NCBI RefSeq assembly: GCF_009834535.1
Contig: NC_045696.1
Span: 13,828,001 to 13,892,000 of the forward strand
DNA length: 64,000 nucleotides
DNA from: Camelus ferus
Taxonomy: Eukaryota
Direction: 5' to 3'
Shown here: one piece after another, positions 1 through 12,910 of the stretch
Position numbering within the stretch: position 1 is the stretch's first letter
Layout: each line of letters starts with the position of its first letter
Translations under genes and position numbers: made by a program
The notes under the pieces: model-generated
Database searches by the model: none
Seen by the model: only the letters and a program-made list of their open reading frames with translations
Told to the model about the DNA's origin: nothing

Positions 1-154
1 ATGTCATCTAGAGATGATTTAAAGTATACAGGAGGCTGTGCACAGGTTACATACAAAGACGACATCATTTTATAAAAGGGACTTCAGCATCTTCAGATTT
101 TGGCATCCATGGGGGTCCTGGAACCAATCCCCTGGGAACACAGAGGGGTGACTC
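1..154. mobile_element. Terminal fragment of a Tigger3/Golem-like (TcMar-Tigger) DNA transposon, truncated by the window start
   Basis: ctagagatgatttaaagtatacaggagg...gggacttcagcatc...ggtcctggaaccaatcccc...gaggggtgact resembles the Tigger3/MER7 terminus as I remember it. Confidence 0.75.
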
Positions 155-462
155 TACCTGGTCCTGCTTTACACTGAAGTATCATCACTTGGAGTGATTT
201 TAGCAACCAAAACTCACTCTGGAGTTTTAGAAGCTACTTAAAAAATTCTTCACATTGCATTTTTTCATCTGTAAAATGTCACCCTATTTGAAGGTGACTT
301 ATCTGCTATCTTCCTCTGCCCTTGCCCCTGCCCCTGTAATCAGGTTCCTTTCTGCTGCCTGGTTACAATAAACATTTCATCTTTGGAATTCCTGGAATTT
401 CTAAGTAAGATGATTTCATCTTTCAGTGTGTCTGTCTTCTCTTTGTCTTTTCCTTTTTTTCC

Positions 463-487
463 TTTTTTTTTTTTTTTTTTTTTTTTT
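463..487. repeat. Poly(T) homopolymer
   Basis: About 25 consecutive T. Confidence 0.95.
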
Positions 488-1254
488 GCCTTTGAAGATA
501 AACAGACAAGAGCTCCAGATCTTCACATGAGGATAGTATGTATGAGTTAGTAATCCTTCCCTCCCACTGTTGGAAGGAGTCCAGATCCCAGCCCCACAAA
601 ACTCAAGTTAAGATGTTGCTTGAAAAAATATGTCAGACTTTTATTATTTTACTCTTTTGAGAGGTTAATCAGCTGTAGAGATTAAATGATCAACATTAGC
701 ATGTACCTTGTTACTGCCCTATTATGACATTAGTGTCTACAGCTGTGAAATACGATCTGCCAGACATCAGGGGCAGGCGTGTAGTGAAGTTTAACAGTCT
801 GGCCCGAGGGCCAGGCAGGTTTGACTAGTGAACATAGCTCTACATGTTTTACGAGAGGGGTGGAGTCTCTCAGTTAAAATGACCAGCAGTCTGCAGCTTC
901 TCAGAAAATCAACTCACAGGGAAAATTCAGATCTCCTATGGGTGACTCATTTGCTTCCCTTTCTTTCAGACATAAACTAGCATTAGCCAAAATGCCGTGT
1001 CTTGAGGAAATACGTAAGCTAGGTGTAAAACTTTTACTACTAACTCCTGGCAGTTTGATAATTAGGGTGTACCAGAACCAAGGCCATCTCTCGTTATTAA
1101 ATGGCCTACTGGCCACATGTAATTACAGTCTGCCTGTATCATTAGAAGTCATTGGCTGGGCTTGGGTGGGTCCTGATAAGCACTTTGGGAAGGGGACACA
1201 GGGAAGGCGTAGCCAAACATCATAAAAGATTTTAACACGGGTTATATCGAGAAT

Positions 1255-1445
1255 ATTAGAATCATCATATTTTAGAGGTGTAAGGGCTCATTAAATTCAA
1301 CCTCCTCATTTACTGCTAGGGGAACTGAGATCCAGAGAGAATATGTGTTTGTGTTAGTCACACAGCTACGCAGTGGCAAAATCAGGTCGAGAGAATGGTC
1401 TTCTGACTCCAAGCCAAGTTCCCGTGTATGATCAGGCACTTCTTC
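1255..1445 (-). mobile_element. MIR-family SINE fragment
   Basis: Core-like cctcatttactgctaggggaactgagatccagaga followed by gtcacacagcta and tcttctgactccaag. Confidence 0.65.
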
Positions 1446-3077
1446 CCTTGTCCCTAACCATCCGTCTCCGTTTGCTGCAGTGACAGGCCACGCTCTAATT
1501 ACTTCCCACAAACATGCATGCTTTCCCGGGGGTCACCAGGTAACCATCTAAATGGCCTTTAGTTTTTGTATAGGAGAGTTGAAGGACTGCTCACCTACAA
1601 AAACGCATTAGTTTTCTGTTTCAAAGACATAGACGTAAATGGTTTTGCTGAAATTATTTTTTGGCTCTATGTTCTGTTGCAAGATGGCAAAATTATTAAA
1701 GGCCCCCTTGGAGTCAGACACAGAGACAGAGACCTCCACGTGATCAGACAAAAAATGTTTTAGCGTCAACACAACGCCTCTAACTCCTTCCTCGTTGGCC
1801 AGTGATCATGAAAACTATCTGCCCTTAACAGCTTATTTTAGGACATACTGCATTGACCTTTCTAATATTTCATACAAGGAAATAATGGTAAATATCTGTA
1901 AACTTTCAGGAATAGAATAGGTACACGAAAATTGATTAACAGACGTCGATTGCATGAAATGTTGTTTTGCAACCACTGGAAGCAAGAGATCTTCAGGGCT
2001 TGGAGCTTTGGAAATGAAGTCTGCCTGTGCTCTTGATTGCACTGGATTACACTGGAATCAAAAGAATGAAATTGCATCCCATACTTAGATTAGAGAAGGA
2101 TCTGGGGTAGTTTTATGTCTGGTTTAACTGTCATCACCTAAAAATTCTAAACCACCTAAAATCTTTGTTTCAGTGTGTGCTTCCAGAGAGCCCTTCTCCC
2201 AGGAATTGTGTCTGTGAGTTTACGTCCTGCGTTTTGCTGTGGTTAAGGCCCCGCCTTCACAGTCAGGGTGTTTAGGAGCTTTTTAGACGAATGAGTTCAC
2301 TCTTCTTCTGGAATAAACAGAAACAGCTTCCTTAAAAGCCACCACAACTATTTCTGTCCAACAGAGCTGTCAGGCCAGGTCAGTGGAATACTTGTGCTCT
2401 TCTATTCTGTGTTTTATTAATATTTTATAACAGCTCTGTATTTTACCTGAAAGCAACAAGAAATGTAGATGTTCTGTGCCTCAGGCTGAATTGTACTGTC
2501 ATGCTTAAAAAATCTCCATCACTTATATTTCAAGAGAGACAGAAAAAAAGAAAAGGAAAAGAATATTCCAGCTAAATTCTTTCTGTCTACAGTTCTCTAA
2601 GTGGTGGAGATGACACACTGTGATCATTATGCCGAAGTGTTTAACAGATAATTAAAGCAAAAGAAGTACAGATGTGTTTTCAAAAGCACTAAAACTTTGA
2701 CTTTTGGATATATACACAAGTTTAAGAACTATAATAAAAAGAAATATGTGTGTGTGTATATATATTACAAGCACACATATTTATTTATAATTATTCATGA
2801 AAACAGCAGTTACAGCCTTTATCTAGTTCCAGGATAATCATCAAAGAATCCATTGGCTTCAGCAGGAACTCAAACTTTATTTGTGACTCATTTTCATAAT
2901 CTTGCAGAGGTGGACTTTTGGGAGTCAGCTGTGGCCCACGACAGCAAGGAGGCCCAGGGCAGGATGAGATCGAATGGTTTCCAGTTTGAGGGCCTCTCTA
3001 GTTACTGGGATGCCTATTAATGGTTCTTCTATGGGGCAGGAAGGGTTTTTTTTTTTTTTAAGGAAAAAGAATAAACA

Positions 3078-3273
3078 GTCCTCTTCCATTTCCTTCTCTT
3101 TCTTTTCCCATCTTTTCCCTTTTTTTCTTCTTTCCACCCACCCCCCTGCCATTTCCATCCCTTCCCTCACCCTCCCCCTTCTTTCTCTCTGTCTCTCTCT
3201 CTCCCCTACCCCCTGCCCTCTGGTCCTCCGTCTCTCTCTCTCCTTCCCTGCCTCCTTCACCCTTTTCTCTCTT
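3078..3273. repeat. Polypyrimidine/polypurine low-complexity tract
   Basis: About 195 bp that is almost all C/T on +. It generates several spurious ORFs. Confidence 0.9.
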
Positions 3274-4211
3274 TGTTGATGATGATAACATATGCTGTGT
3301 GTTCCAAACCAGAAAATAAGAGCTTTATTGACTCAAGTCTTTTTCTTTGAAAAAAGTATTTATTCCCATCCTACACTATCATTTCCCTCAAATGTGTACA
3401 TATCAGGAGCCCAAAATCTAGGTTCTATGTCGTTCTGTGCAAAGATTTTTCTTCTGTTTCAGATCAAATTTTTAAATATTTTTCTTCTGTCAATATGTCC
3501 CCATTTGATTCCTTCCCATGTACTGTCTCGCTCTGTGTTATAGAACATAAATTCTTTTGACTCAGGACCTCAGAACTAGAGGTCCTGAGTCTAGAGGTAA
3601 AGGTTGACACACTGGCAACTTGTTGCTCTTGGCATAGTTCCTTTAGTTTCCTCACTTTAGGGTATCAGATGGAGTGTAAATGGCACAATCTGATCTCGAT
3701 GTGACAATGTTGGGAAGTTTATAGTAATTTTATTGGGTCTAAAGGACTTAAGACTGTTCTCATAAACTTCTTGTTCCATCATTTATTGCTTCTATCCATA
3801 ACATTGGGTTCAAAAAATACAAGGGCATGTTTGCATTCTATCCAATATTTCGCAATTTCAAGTTCAATTTTCTTCCTAGGTGTGATAACCACAAAGGGAA
3901 AAAAAGCCATAATGGAATGAGACACAGTCATCTGATGTACTTTATACCTTGAACTCTGTTTAAAATAGTTGTATCTCGGTTGTATTCCATAGTACATATC
4001 CTCATTAATTAGGTATTTCTTAGGGTAGAGATAATCTTTGTGATCTATTTTAGAAAGCATTTTATTGGGGTTCTGAGATACTGCTCCTTTTACTAAGTGG
4101 GTTCTGAACACTCAAATATTAAAATAAGTTGCAGGCAGAGTACACATATTACCTTTATTGTTGACAGAATTGTCAAGTTGTAGAATTAGCTCTGTTAAAA
4201 CAAATGGCTTT

Positions 4212-4285
4212 ATGCTGTACACCAGAGACTGACACATTGTAACTGACTATACTTCAATAAAACAAAACAAAATAAAACAAAACGA
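4212..4285 (+). mobile_element. Extremely 5'-truncated L1 3' end with A-rich tail and 10-bp target-site duplication (TSD)
   Basis: gctgtacaccagagactgacacattgtaactgactatacttcaataaaa matches the L1 3' ends at 35.0 and 54.3 kb. TSD aaatggcttt at 4202-4211 and 4286-4295. Confidence 0.85.
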
Positions 4286-4784
4286 AAATGGCTTTGCTAA
4301 TACTGAACCCTAAAATTAGACAGATTTATCCGCATCAGGACAGCATGGGTCCAGGTTAAATCTCCCATGATGGGGAAGTCAGTGGGACCTTGCATCCTGC
4401 GGGCGGTTTGTACATAAAAAAAGAGAAACTCCTTAGGTGGGGGTGGGGGGAGGTCAAGGCTGAAATGCACATGCCCAGTTATTCTTCCCACATTTATCAG
4501 TTATCAAGGTTATTGCACCCCCTTGCCCCCATATGCTGTGTGAGTAAAGGATTAAAGTGTGGCCAGATGGGTATTTAGGAGAAATTCACTCCACATTGAA
4601 GCTAGTGAGGAAAAGATTGTCTTGATAATATACTGGACTAGAACAAAGAGAATATAGGTTCTGCTTCTAGCTTCCCATTAACTACCTAGCTCCAAACCTT
4701 GAATTCTGGTTCTCTATCACACCATACACAGGAAAAAACCCTGTAGTGTTGGTGGGTCTGGCATCTCTTTGATTCTTAACATAA

Positions 4785-4965
4785 TAACAGTTACTGTCAT
4801 TTGTTGTGCAGTTTTTCCAGACACTGTGTCAGGGCTTTGTATGCCCTGTCTCACTTAATTCTCTGAAAGTCCCTCACTTTGTAAAGACTCAGAGGGTTAA
4901 GGAACAGCTTAAGCTGCACAACTCGTAAGTGGCAGATTCAGGATTAAAATTCAAGCTCTCCTGCA
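4785..4965 (-). mobile_element. MIR SINE fragment
   Basis: ccagacactgtg...tctcacttaatt...gactcagagggttaag...gtaagtggcagattcaggatt. Confidence 0.6.
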
Positions 4966-5471
4966 GATCACTGCAAATATGTGAATCATGATGCCATACA
5001 CAACAAAATGCACTTAGTATCTTTCTTTAAGTCTGTAGGACAGAAAGTATTCCTCAGAGTGACTCAAGCTTCCTATGGTATCCAGTTCCTGCAGTACAAA
5101 GTAGAGGTACACAATGTGTTCTCTGCTCCGGGAGAACAGAGTTCAAAAAACACTGTTACTTACTGAAGATGACTGGTAAAAGATGCAGATTGATTAAAAA
5201 AAGAAGAGCAGAGTCCATGGTAGTATACTTTGTAATCTGCCATTCTCAGCGCCCACAGTCCAGATGAGCCACTGTTCACAGTGAAAAGTTATGATGATGA
5301 CAGTAATAATTATTTCCATTGTCATCACTTTCAAAAGAAATGATTCTTGATTTAAAATCTTTATTCGTTCTTCCTTCAAAAATAATTCTGGATTTAGAAT
5401 ACTTATTCTTTAGATAAAGAAATTTTAATATCATTCATTTAGATAATAGAATCAAAATGTAAATTTGGAAG

Positions 5472-5473
<2 letters not shown>

Positions 5474-5502
<29 letters not shown>
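5474..5502. repeat. (TA)n microsatellite next to a SINE tail
   Basis: Direct TA repeat. Confidence 0.95.
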
Positions 5503-5522
<20 letters not shown>

Positions 5523-5596
5523 TGGAGATACCAGGGATTGAACCCAGGACATCGTGAATGCTAAGCATGTGCTCAACCACTAGGCTATTACTCTCC
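5503..5596 (-). mobile_element. Short tRNA-derived SINE, Vic-1-like (camelid), with poly(A) tail
   Basis: The reverse complement ggagagtaatagcctagtggttgagcacatgcttagcattcacgatgtcctgggttcaatccctggtatctcc+A-tail has Pol III A-box-like and B-box (GGTTCAATCC) motifs and a tRNA-Ala-like body. Confidence 0.8.
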
Positions 5597-8500
5597 TATA
5601 TATTTCTTAATTAAGAGAATTACTGTGTATTTTTGAATAATATTCCCTTTAACTATGTGAGAACCTGGAGTGAGGGCAGCCAGCAAAACCATCATCTAGA
5701 GTTTCCAGAACTCCGGACTGTAAGGCACAGAGACAAAGGTAAGATCTGAGCCTGCTTTTCCCTTTGATCTGTCAGTGACCTGACTGTGGAGCCACAGCTC
5801 CGTGACTTACTGAGTTTCGACTGTCCATCACATTAAAATAACAGACCAAAAGAACAAGCACAGTTGAGTGTACTGAGTAGTCGAAGAAATAATTTCATTA
5901 GCTCTGAGGCAGCGTCTGATCAAGGATTCACTTTCCTTCTGAGCCACTTCTGAAGTGCATCTTGAAACTATGATCTCAGCAGGCACTGGTGTAGGATGGA
6001 CACTTCAGCATGGAGAGTACAGTGTTGGTGGTTATGAATAATTACAGAGTTCCATGGTTTTGAAATATTCTCTCGTGATATTGGGAGTGACAATACGGTT
6101 AACTGACCTGTCAGGTGAGCCTGCTGCTCTTCAAAGGCCTCCTGGAAGGTGAGATCGATTTTCATGAAGTGAACCTTGGGAAACACACTGACTGTATACT
6201 GAGAACTTTGATAGGCATTTCCTGCAGAACTCGAAGAAAAAGACACAATTAAGAAACTCAGTGGAATGGGGGTTTAAAATCTATTAATGTTTGCATTGGG
6301 TTTAGAAATGATGTAGCTTTATTTCTTTATCCATCAAAAAATATGGTACGTGAAAGAAGGATTCCAAAGGATATTGGCTACTACAGTTTTAAGATAGCAG
6401 ACAGAAACAAGCATGAAGATCATGCAGTTATGTTCAGATCTTTGATAGCATACCAGTTGTAGGAGCTTTATTAATGCTTTAAGATTTCATTATAAAGTAA
6501 ATTGTTAGTCATCTAAACACAAACTTTAAAGAATATGAATTTAAAAAAGGAATATGAATTGAAACAGAAACTTTAATCATCCTTTAAGTAGATTGTGTGT
6601 TAAATTCTAGGGTAGACTTTTGTTTGATTTACAGCATTTAGGATAATAGATGTACATGTGGACATAGTATATTCTTTGCTATGTACTAAAGAGGGAGACA
6701 AGTGTAAAAGAAAACTTAAATACTTATATTTAGATTGATACATTTTTACAGCTGTAGAAAGTAATATTTTAAATCTATGTGCAGTGTTTTTTTTTAAATA
6801 AAAAATTGTGGCCTCCTTTTATTTGAGAGGCAAAAGTGTTGATCAGCAAGGCAGTGAAATGTATGGGAAAAGAAGTGATTCATTTGTGTATTTTAAGTGC
6901 AAATTTAAAAAGAGTTCTGCGGGGTTCTACAAATTAGCTGCCATTGGAGCTACAGACATAGTGTGTAATTTATTAAGCATATTCTGTGGCTAACTGAAAT
7001 TGAACAGGACAGACATATATGAATCTTCATATTCTATGGTTTTCTAGAAGGCAGTGTGCTATAGAGAACTGATGACTATTTTGTTTTGCTATTTAACAAT
7101 TTTTATTAATAGGAGCTTAGACAAGGTTGTTGGTTATATACTCAACAAAGTCATAAGGTGGGACCAACTTTATTTCTCAGTATTGCAATTTTGTTTTGCA
7201 TTTAATTTTTAAAATAACTTAGGGAATCAAAGCAGAACTGTTTAGTCTAAAAATCACTTTGCGAATAACCAACTACCATTCCTAAGACTCCTGTAAAGCA
7301 AACACAACTTAGATTGTGTTTTTCTAGTATTTTTATTCTTTTCCTATGTATACAGATAGATAACATAGAGGAATGTTTGTTGACATGTGTGTGGTTATAT
7401 GTAAAATATGTCACATTTTATGTGGACCTATAAAGTGGAAAAGTACAAAGATTTCTCAAGTGCCCCCCCCCAACTCTTGCTTAATTTTTTATGTGTTTAT
7501 TATATCTTCTATACCATGAGCTTTTGATTTTGGTATAGTCAGATTTACAAATCTTTCATTTTGTAACTATTGCTTATTTGTTTGTTCTTATTTAATGAAA
7601 TCTTTCTTATCTAGTATGTTTAATCTTCGGTATTGTTTCCCAGTTTTTTCTCTCTGGTGAGCTTATGTTTGCTTTTCTTGGGTCAAAGCAAAGTATACCT
7701 TTGTTGAAGTGTATCTCTTACCCCATCCCTTCCCCTGCCTCATTGCACACTCATCTCCTAGGCACCTCACCATTCAGGCATCACTCCAATGCCATTTCTT
7801 CGACCAAGTATGTTCTCTTTCTTCCAGTTGGAGACCTTCCTTTGATTTCTTTTAGATTGCACTCAAAATGGTTGAGACAGTATTACGTTTGTTTCAACAT
7901 GTACTTTTCTGAATAGTTCTTGAGAACAAGATCTATAAATCTTGATACCCCCCCCCCCAAGAGTCTCATTCAATGCCTCAAAGAATAGGTTTTCTATTAA
8001 AGTTTGTAAAGAGAAAGACTGTGTGTTTAGTTTAGGCAACTGAATACTCAGCTGGGACACACAGTAATTATTTTCAAATATGTGAACACCTGTCCTATGT
8101 TAAAGGAATTAAACTGCTCCTAAATGGTCAATGGATGGTAGCTAAGGACAATTAGGTTTTTCTCAATATAAAGGAGAAACTTCCAACAAATAGAATTCTC
8201 TGAAATTTGAATGAACTTACAAAGGAGTGACTTTATTGTCCCTAAACGTGTTCACACAGGAGCAATATGTTTAGATATTCTATAAGCATTTTCTACATAT
8301 AGTAGGCCTACTGAATGAATAAATAAGATGGTAGCCCCATCCAAATGCCTCATGAGTTTTAATTTTATTCGTTTACTATTTGATGATCCCTCCTCATCTT
8401 TCCAATCTCCAGTTACACCCATTTCCAGGGGCCAATGTATTTGATTTTAAAGACAATTTGCTTTTTATTTACAAAAAAGTCTTAGGATAGAGTTTACTTT

Positions 8501-8959
8501 TACCACTTGATGAAATTTCATTTTCCCTTTCTTAAAGAACTTTCTAGAGATTAAATCACTTCACAGACAGTTTGATATTAAATTCATTTCCAAAGTCCAA
8601 ATCTTACCTACTAAATTAGTAAATATGCATATTGTGCAGGGAAATATACATGCATTTAATATTTTATATAAGTTTTATTAAATGGATTTATTTTATATTT
8701 TCCCCAAATTTACCTATGTAAATATCAACCACAGACACTCTAAGAGAAATATCACTTAATGTGTTAAAAATAGAACAAAACAAAACAAAGTCCTAGGAAT
8801 TCATAGTCTATCTTCTTTATATTTTTAATTAGGCTACAATCTAAATAGCAGGAAACCAGTGCTTCAAAAATATTATGCATATTGCCCAGAACCCTGATAA
8901 AACTTTAGTGAATACGAAATAAAGCAAAATGAAAAGCATGATTTCCCAGTAGAAATGTG

Positions 8960-8965
8960 TTTATT
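8960..8965 (-). terminator. Candidate polyadenylation signal (AATAAA) of KRTAP24-1
   Basis: tttatt on +, about 830 nt downstream of the stop codon. Confidence 0.45.
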
Positions 8966-9790
8966 AGCTGTGAACCAGGACTGTGTCGGCAATCAGGAAG
9001 TAACAAATCAGCAGGGGAGAATTATAGCAGAACTGTGAGCACAGATTATTACTTGTGAAGCTTCTGCAACAGCATTTTGTCATTCTTTCAACAAACAATT
9101 GTGTTCCTGCTACTTCTGAGGCTGTCTCCTAGGCAATGAGAACAAACGCCGAGTGCCAGCCAATCTTGTGTCTTATGGCTTCATTAGAAGAGAAGATTTG
9201 CAGAAGGTCTTCTGATTTTGAACTCTAGTTGTACATTGTTTCTCACACATCCTTGTCTTCAGGCAGGAGGGGGAGGAAGAACTCGCTCCCCTCCAGTGTT
9301 TAAGACGATGCTCTCTCTTAGCTTATTAGCAAGATGCTAGTTAGGCATTAACAAAACTATTGACAAAAGGCAAGGCAATCTTGAAAGAATCTGCTGGAAT
9401 CATCAGTCAAACCAAGGAGGCTCCACATTTTCAAGAACGTTTGGGGATAGTCGCATGGCAGAAAAGTGACAGGGATAGCCAAAATAAGAAAGCTGTACTG
9501 TGGCGTATTTCATGTGGAATCTCTTCAGTGTATCCATCGTATTCAGTCTCAGAACCAATACCTTCAGGATCGGACTTCAACACATAAGGCATTACGAGAG
9601 CAACAGAACAAAAGCTAGCAGGTGATAATGGCTGTGATTAATACGTCCTGGAGTTATATCTGAGGTTAATGGAACACGATTCTTAAGATACATGCGGTAA
9701 TTCAATTCAGCCGAGTATTAGAGAGGGTGACAACTTGGTCGAATCTGCCCCTTTGGACAATTTCTAGCAGCTATAAATGCAGTAAGTTGA

Positions 9791-10522
9791 TCAATAGCAA
9801 CTCAGAGGTCTGCAACCACGACATAAATACCTCAGAGGAGGGAAGGTACTTGGTATACAGCTCAGAGACTGGAAGTTTCTTGAAAAATAGCTCAGGGGCT
9901 GATAAGTTGGATATTGGCAATTTCTTCTTAAATAATTTTGGAATCGGCAGCTGTTGGCAATACAAGATGAGGGTGAGAAGCTATCTGGTATGAAGCCAAA
10001 ATTTTGGTAGCTTCTATACCCCAAGCTACCCAGTGTGTAGTGGTTTAGGGGCCGTAAACTCCTGGATAAGCAGTTAAGTGACCCAGAGTATTTGAAGCCA
10101 TTGCTGAGGGTCTGGTGGGCTTTGCATGTGTATCGGCTGGGTGTGCTGCAATCGGATACATACCCTTTGGTCTGAGTGCATGGGTTGCAGCTGGGGCTGG
10201 GTCTGACGTTGGTAGTTTCACAGGCACTGCGTATTTTGCTCACTGCTGCAGAGTTGCAGGGCACACCAGAGTTTGACTGGTCACAGCTTGTGGTGCAGGT
10301 CCTGGGCTCACAGCTGGGAGATTCACAGATTGGTGCTTCACCACAGGTTTCTTGGCAGTTATCCAGAAGCCAGAGAGTTCCTTGGTAACAACTAGGCAAT
10401 CCAAGACCCAAGGGAGGGCTTACATCACTGGAGCAAAGAGCAACAGAAGGCGTCACTGGGATAATACAGTGGGTTCTGTAGCATATGCCCCTGCAATCCC
10501 CAGAATAGCCTGGAAAAGCCAT
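9791..10522 (-). CDS. KRTAP24-1: Keratin-associated protein 24-1 (243 aa, single exon)
   Basis: Intact ORF, about 10% Cys, rich in Ser/Pro/Tyr. YRTHCIIPVT, YQGTLWLLDNCQE, CETTNVRPSPSC and C-terminal IPSTFPPLRYLC..RPL.CY align with human KAP24-1 as recalled. TATA box upstream; gene order fits the cluster. Confidence 0.95.
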   Translation of the reverse strand: MAFPGYSGDCRGICYRTHCIIPVTPSVALCSSDVSPPLGLGLPSCYQGTLWLLDNCQETCGEAPICESPSCEPRTCTTSCDQSNSGVPCNSAAVSKIRSACETTNVRPSPSCNPCTQTKGYVSDCSTPSRYTCKAHQTLSNGFKYSGSLNCLSRSLRPLNHYTLGSLGYRSYQNFGFIPDSFSPSSCIANSCRFQNYLRRNCQYPTYQPLSYFSRNFQSLSCIPSTFPPLRYLCRGCRPLSCY

Positions 10523-10584
10523 GGAGCCAGAATGTGTGCTCAGTGATGCCTGGGAAGGTATGGTGAGGCTGTAGCCTGACGCCC

Positions 10585-10710
10585 TTTTATATCTTCCCTG
10601 GTGATTATCTGCAGCCTCTCCAGACTCTCTTCCTGGGACAGTAACAGAGCATCATTCCATTAGTGTGTTGTGTAGCTACAGCTGCTGATGTCTTCACACT
10701 CATATAAAAA
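10585..10710 (-). promoter_or_regulatory. KRTAP24-1 proximal promoter
   Basis: TATAAAA at 10585-10591, CAGGAAGAGAGTCTG at 10621-10635, CTAATG at about 10658-10663, TTTTTATATG at 10701-10710. Confidence 0.7.
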
Positions 10711-12910
10711 TAAGTTTATTTTGACTCTTCAAAGTATCAATAATTGCCGCCTTGACCATCACCTGTCCCTCATCATCCGTAGACCATAGAGTTGGCGAAT
10801 AGTGATTTCAGTGTTCATGGGCAAACTCGCATCTGTCGATCAGTGGTAAACAAGAGATCATGTGTCTGTGGGCTTCTGCACTATGGCTATTAAAAGGTTA
10901 ATGAGGGTTCAAGTAAAACAAAGAGGCTGTGCTTTTCCACTCTTTTGACTACTGCAAAATATTGCAGGACTTGATCCTGTATTCTGAAATAAGCTGAATG
11001 CTTTGACTGTCTCCACATTGTTGCCCAAAAGAGAGGGTAAGGCGCTGAACTATTAAGAGAAAGAATTGCTTCCCCCAGATGTGTGCTATACCCTTAACTG
11101 CACCAGGCCATGTACTGGTGACGCCCTCTCACCTGTTTGAAAAATTCAATCCATTCACAGCAATCCCAATGAGACTTCAGTGACCTACAGAAGGCCAAAA
11201 ATGAACTTGTCCCCAGGGGCCAGTGGTTGCTAAGTAACCAAGACTTCCATGAGATCCCTTTCTTAAAGAGCTTCTGCAATATGTAATACCAAAGAATGCT
11301 GGTTTTTCAAGACTGTACCTTCCAAATTGACAAAAATTATACATTATACATTTCATTGTCTCTGTGGTAAAACCCAATTGCTGTCAGATGTAGAACATTT
11401 TTCTACAGTTCTCCCCAAATAAGTTTTACTTGTTCTTGATTTGCCTTTTTTTTGTTTGTATGGACTTTATTCTCATGTTGAAGAATATAGTTATTTTTGG
11501 TCTATAACCAGAAAAAGGAATGGCTATGCTTAAAAAATTTTATTTAAATAATCTGTGTAGCTCTTATAGGCACTGTACTTATTAAATAACACTTTTCATT
11601 CCTTACGGTGAAGGCTGAAGGAAGTTTTAAAAGATTTTCATTTAAACTAAAGAATGGGCACTTTGTTCTTAAAAATATAAACTATAATTCATACTTACAG
11701 CCTCCATTGAATTGGAAACAGCAGTGCATTTATTAACAATGATAAGTTCAGACAGAGGGCAGTACCAACTTCTTCAGGTAGAGAAAGCCAGAGGGATAGT
11801 TTTTAAAAGACACTGTCCTCACAGAAGACAATTAAATTTCCCTCCCTGTTCTCTGCTTTTCAGCTAGATTTTTTAAATGCACACCAATTTAAAGTTACAG
11901 ATATCCTCCAAATTTTTTTTTAAATCTGAGTTTTCTCAATGCTTCACTCAGTATTTATTTGATAAGGTGATGAATTCATTCCATGTGCAACTCTTTATTA
12001 AACACATTTTGCTCTTTTGTGAATTGTCTCTCAGGTGAAAAGGGTCAGGATCAGGGAACCATACTTTCCACAAATTGTTTAGCTCTAGAACATCCTGGGG
12101 TTTTGTGCAGAAATGTTCTGTCCTAAGGCAGGCAAAGTAGGGAATAAATTACACAAGGCAGTTGATGGCCAACTTTCCACTAAATTACTGACTCCAAGTG
12201 ATATACAGAAGAGCCCAGAGGCTGATGGAGATTTATTTCTGCATCTCTCTGTCATCCCGTGATTACCTCTAGTCTTATTTTAGGCTTCCTTGTAGCAGAT
12301 TTGAGGGAAAACAAAAACAAACAGACAAGAAAATAGAATGAGTAAGTCAGTTAGATGTACAGCCCACATACCCCTCTTCCCTTTGCATTACATGGTAGAG
12401 TATTTTAAATTAATATCATTCACACCAGTGTAAGTCCGACAAATAATGTAGAATATCACATAGCATAATCAATATTCACAGGATGAGGCTACACCATATT
12501 TAAATTTATTTTGGTGCAGTAACATGCTAAACACCCAAATGTTGAGATTTGCAAAGGCAGAGTTCGCTCAACTCCTCTCGTTCTCGTTTATGTTTTATCT
12601 TCTTATTCACTCATCACACTCAGAGGTAACCATCACTCCCTATTCACTCCCCACTTGCAGGAAACAGTACCTCTACAGAGCTGTCTTCTGCTTTAGTGTC
12701 CATCTGGGCCAGAAACTGAGCAGACAGCAGCAGTAACAGCAAATATTAAGCTCATAACACTGATAGTTTTTAGCAGACAGTACAGACTATTGTCATTTGG
12801 GTGGCATTGTCCTCTGAAGGCTTTGATGAAGCATATGCATTACTCTGTATTTGTACAATTACTAAAGAATCTTTCCTTCCATTAATTCTCCTATTTGTAG
12901 TATTTTTGAT

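Noticed and set aside
2925..3291. Glu/Arg/Lys-rich and Ser/Leu/Phe-rich ORFs
   Set aside because: Translations of the low-complexity pyrimidine tract.
5521..5596. tRNA gene
   Set aside because: It has a poly(A) tail and degenerate stems; better explained as a tRNA-derived SINE.
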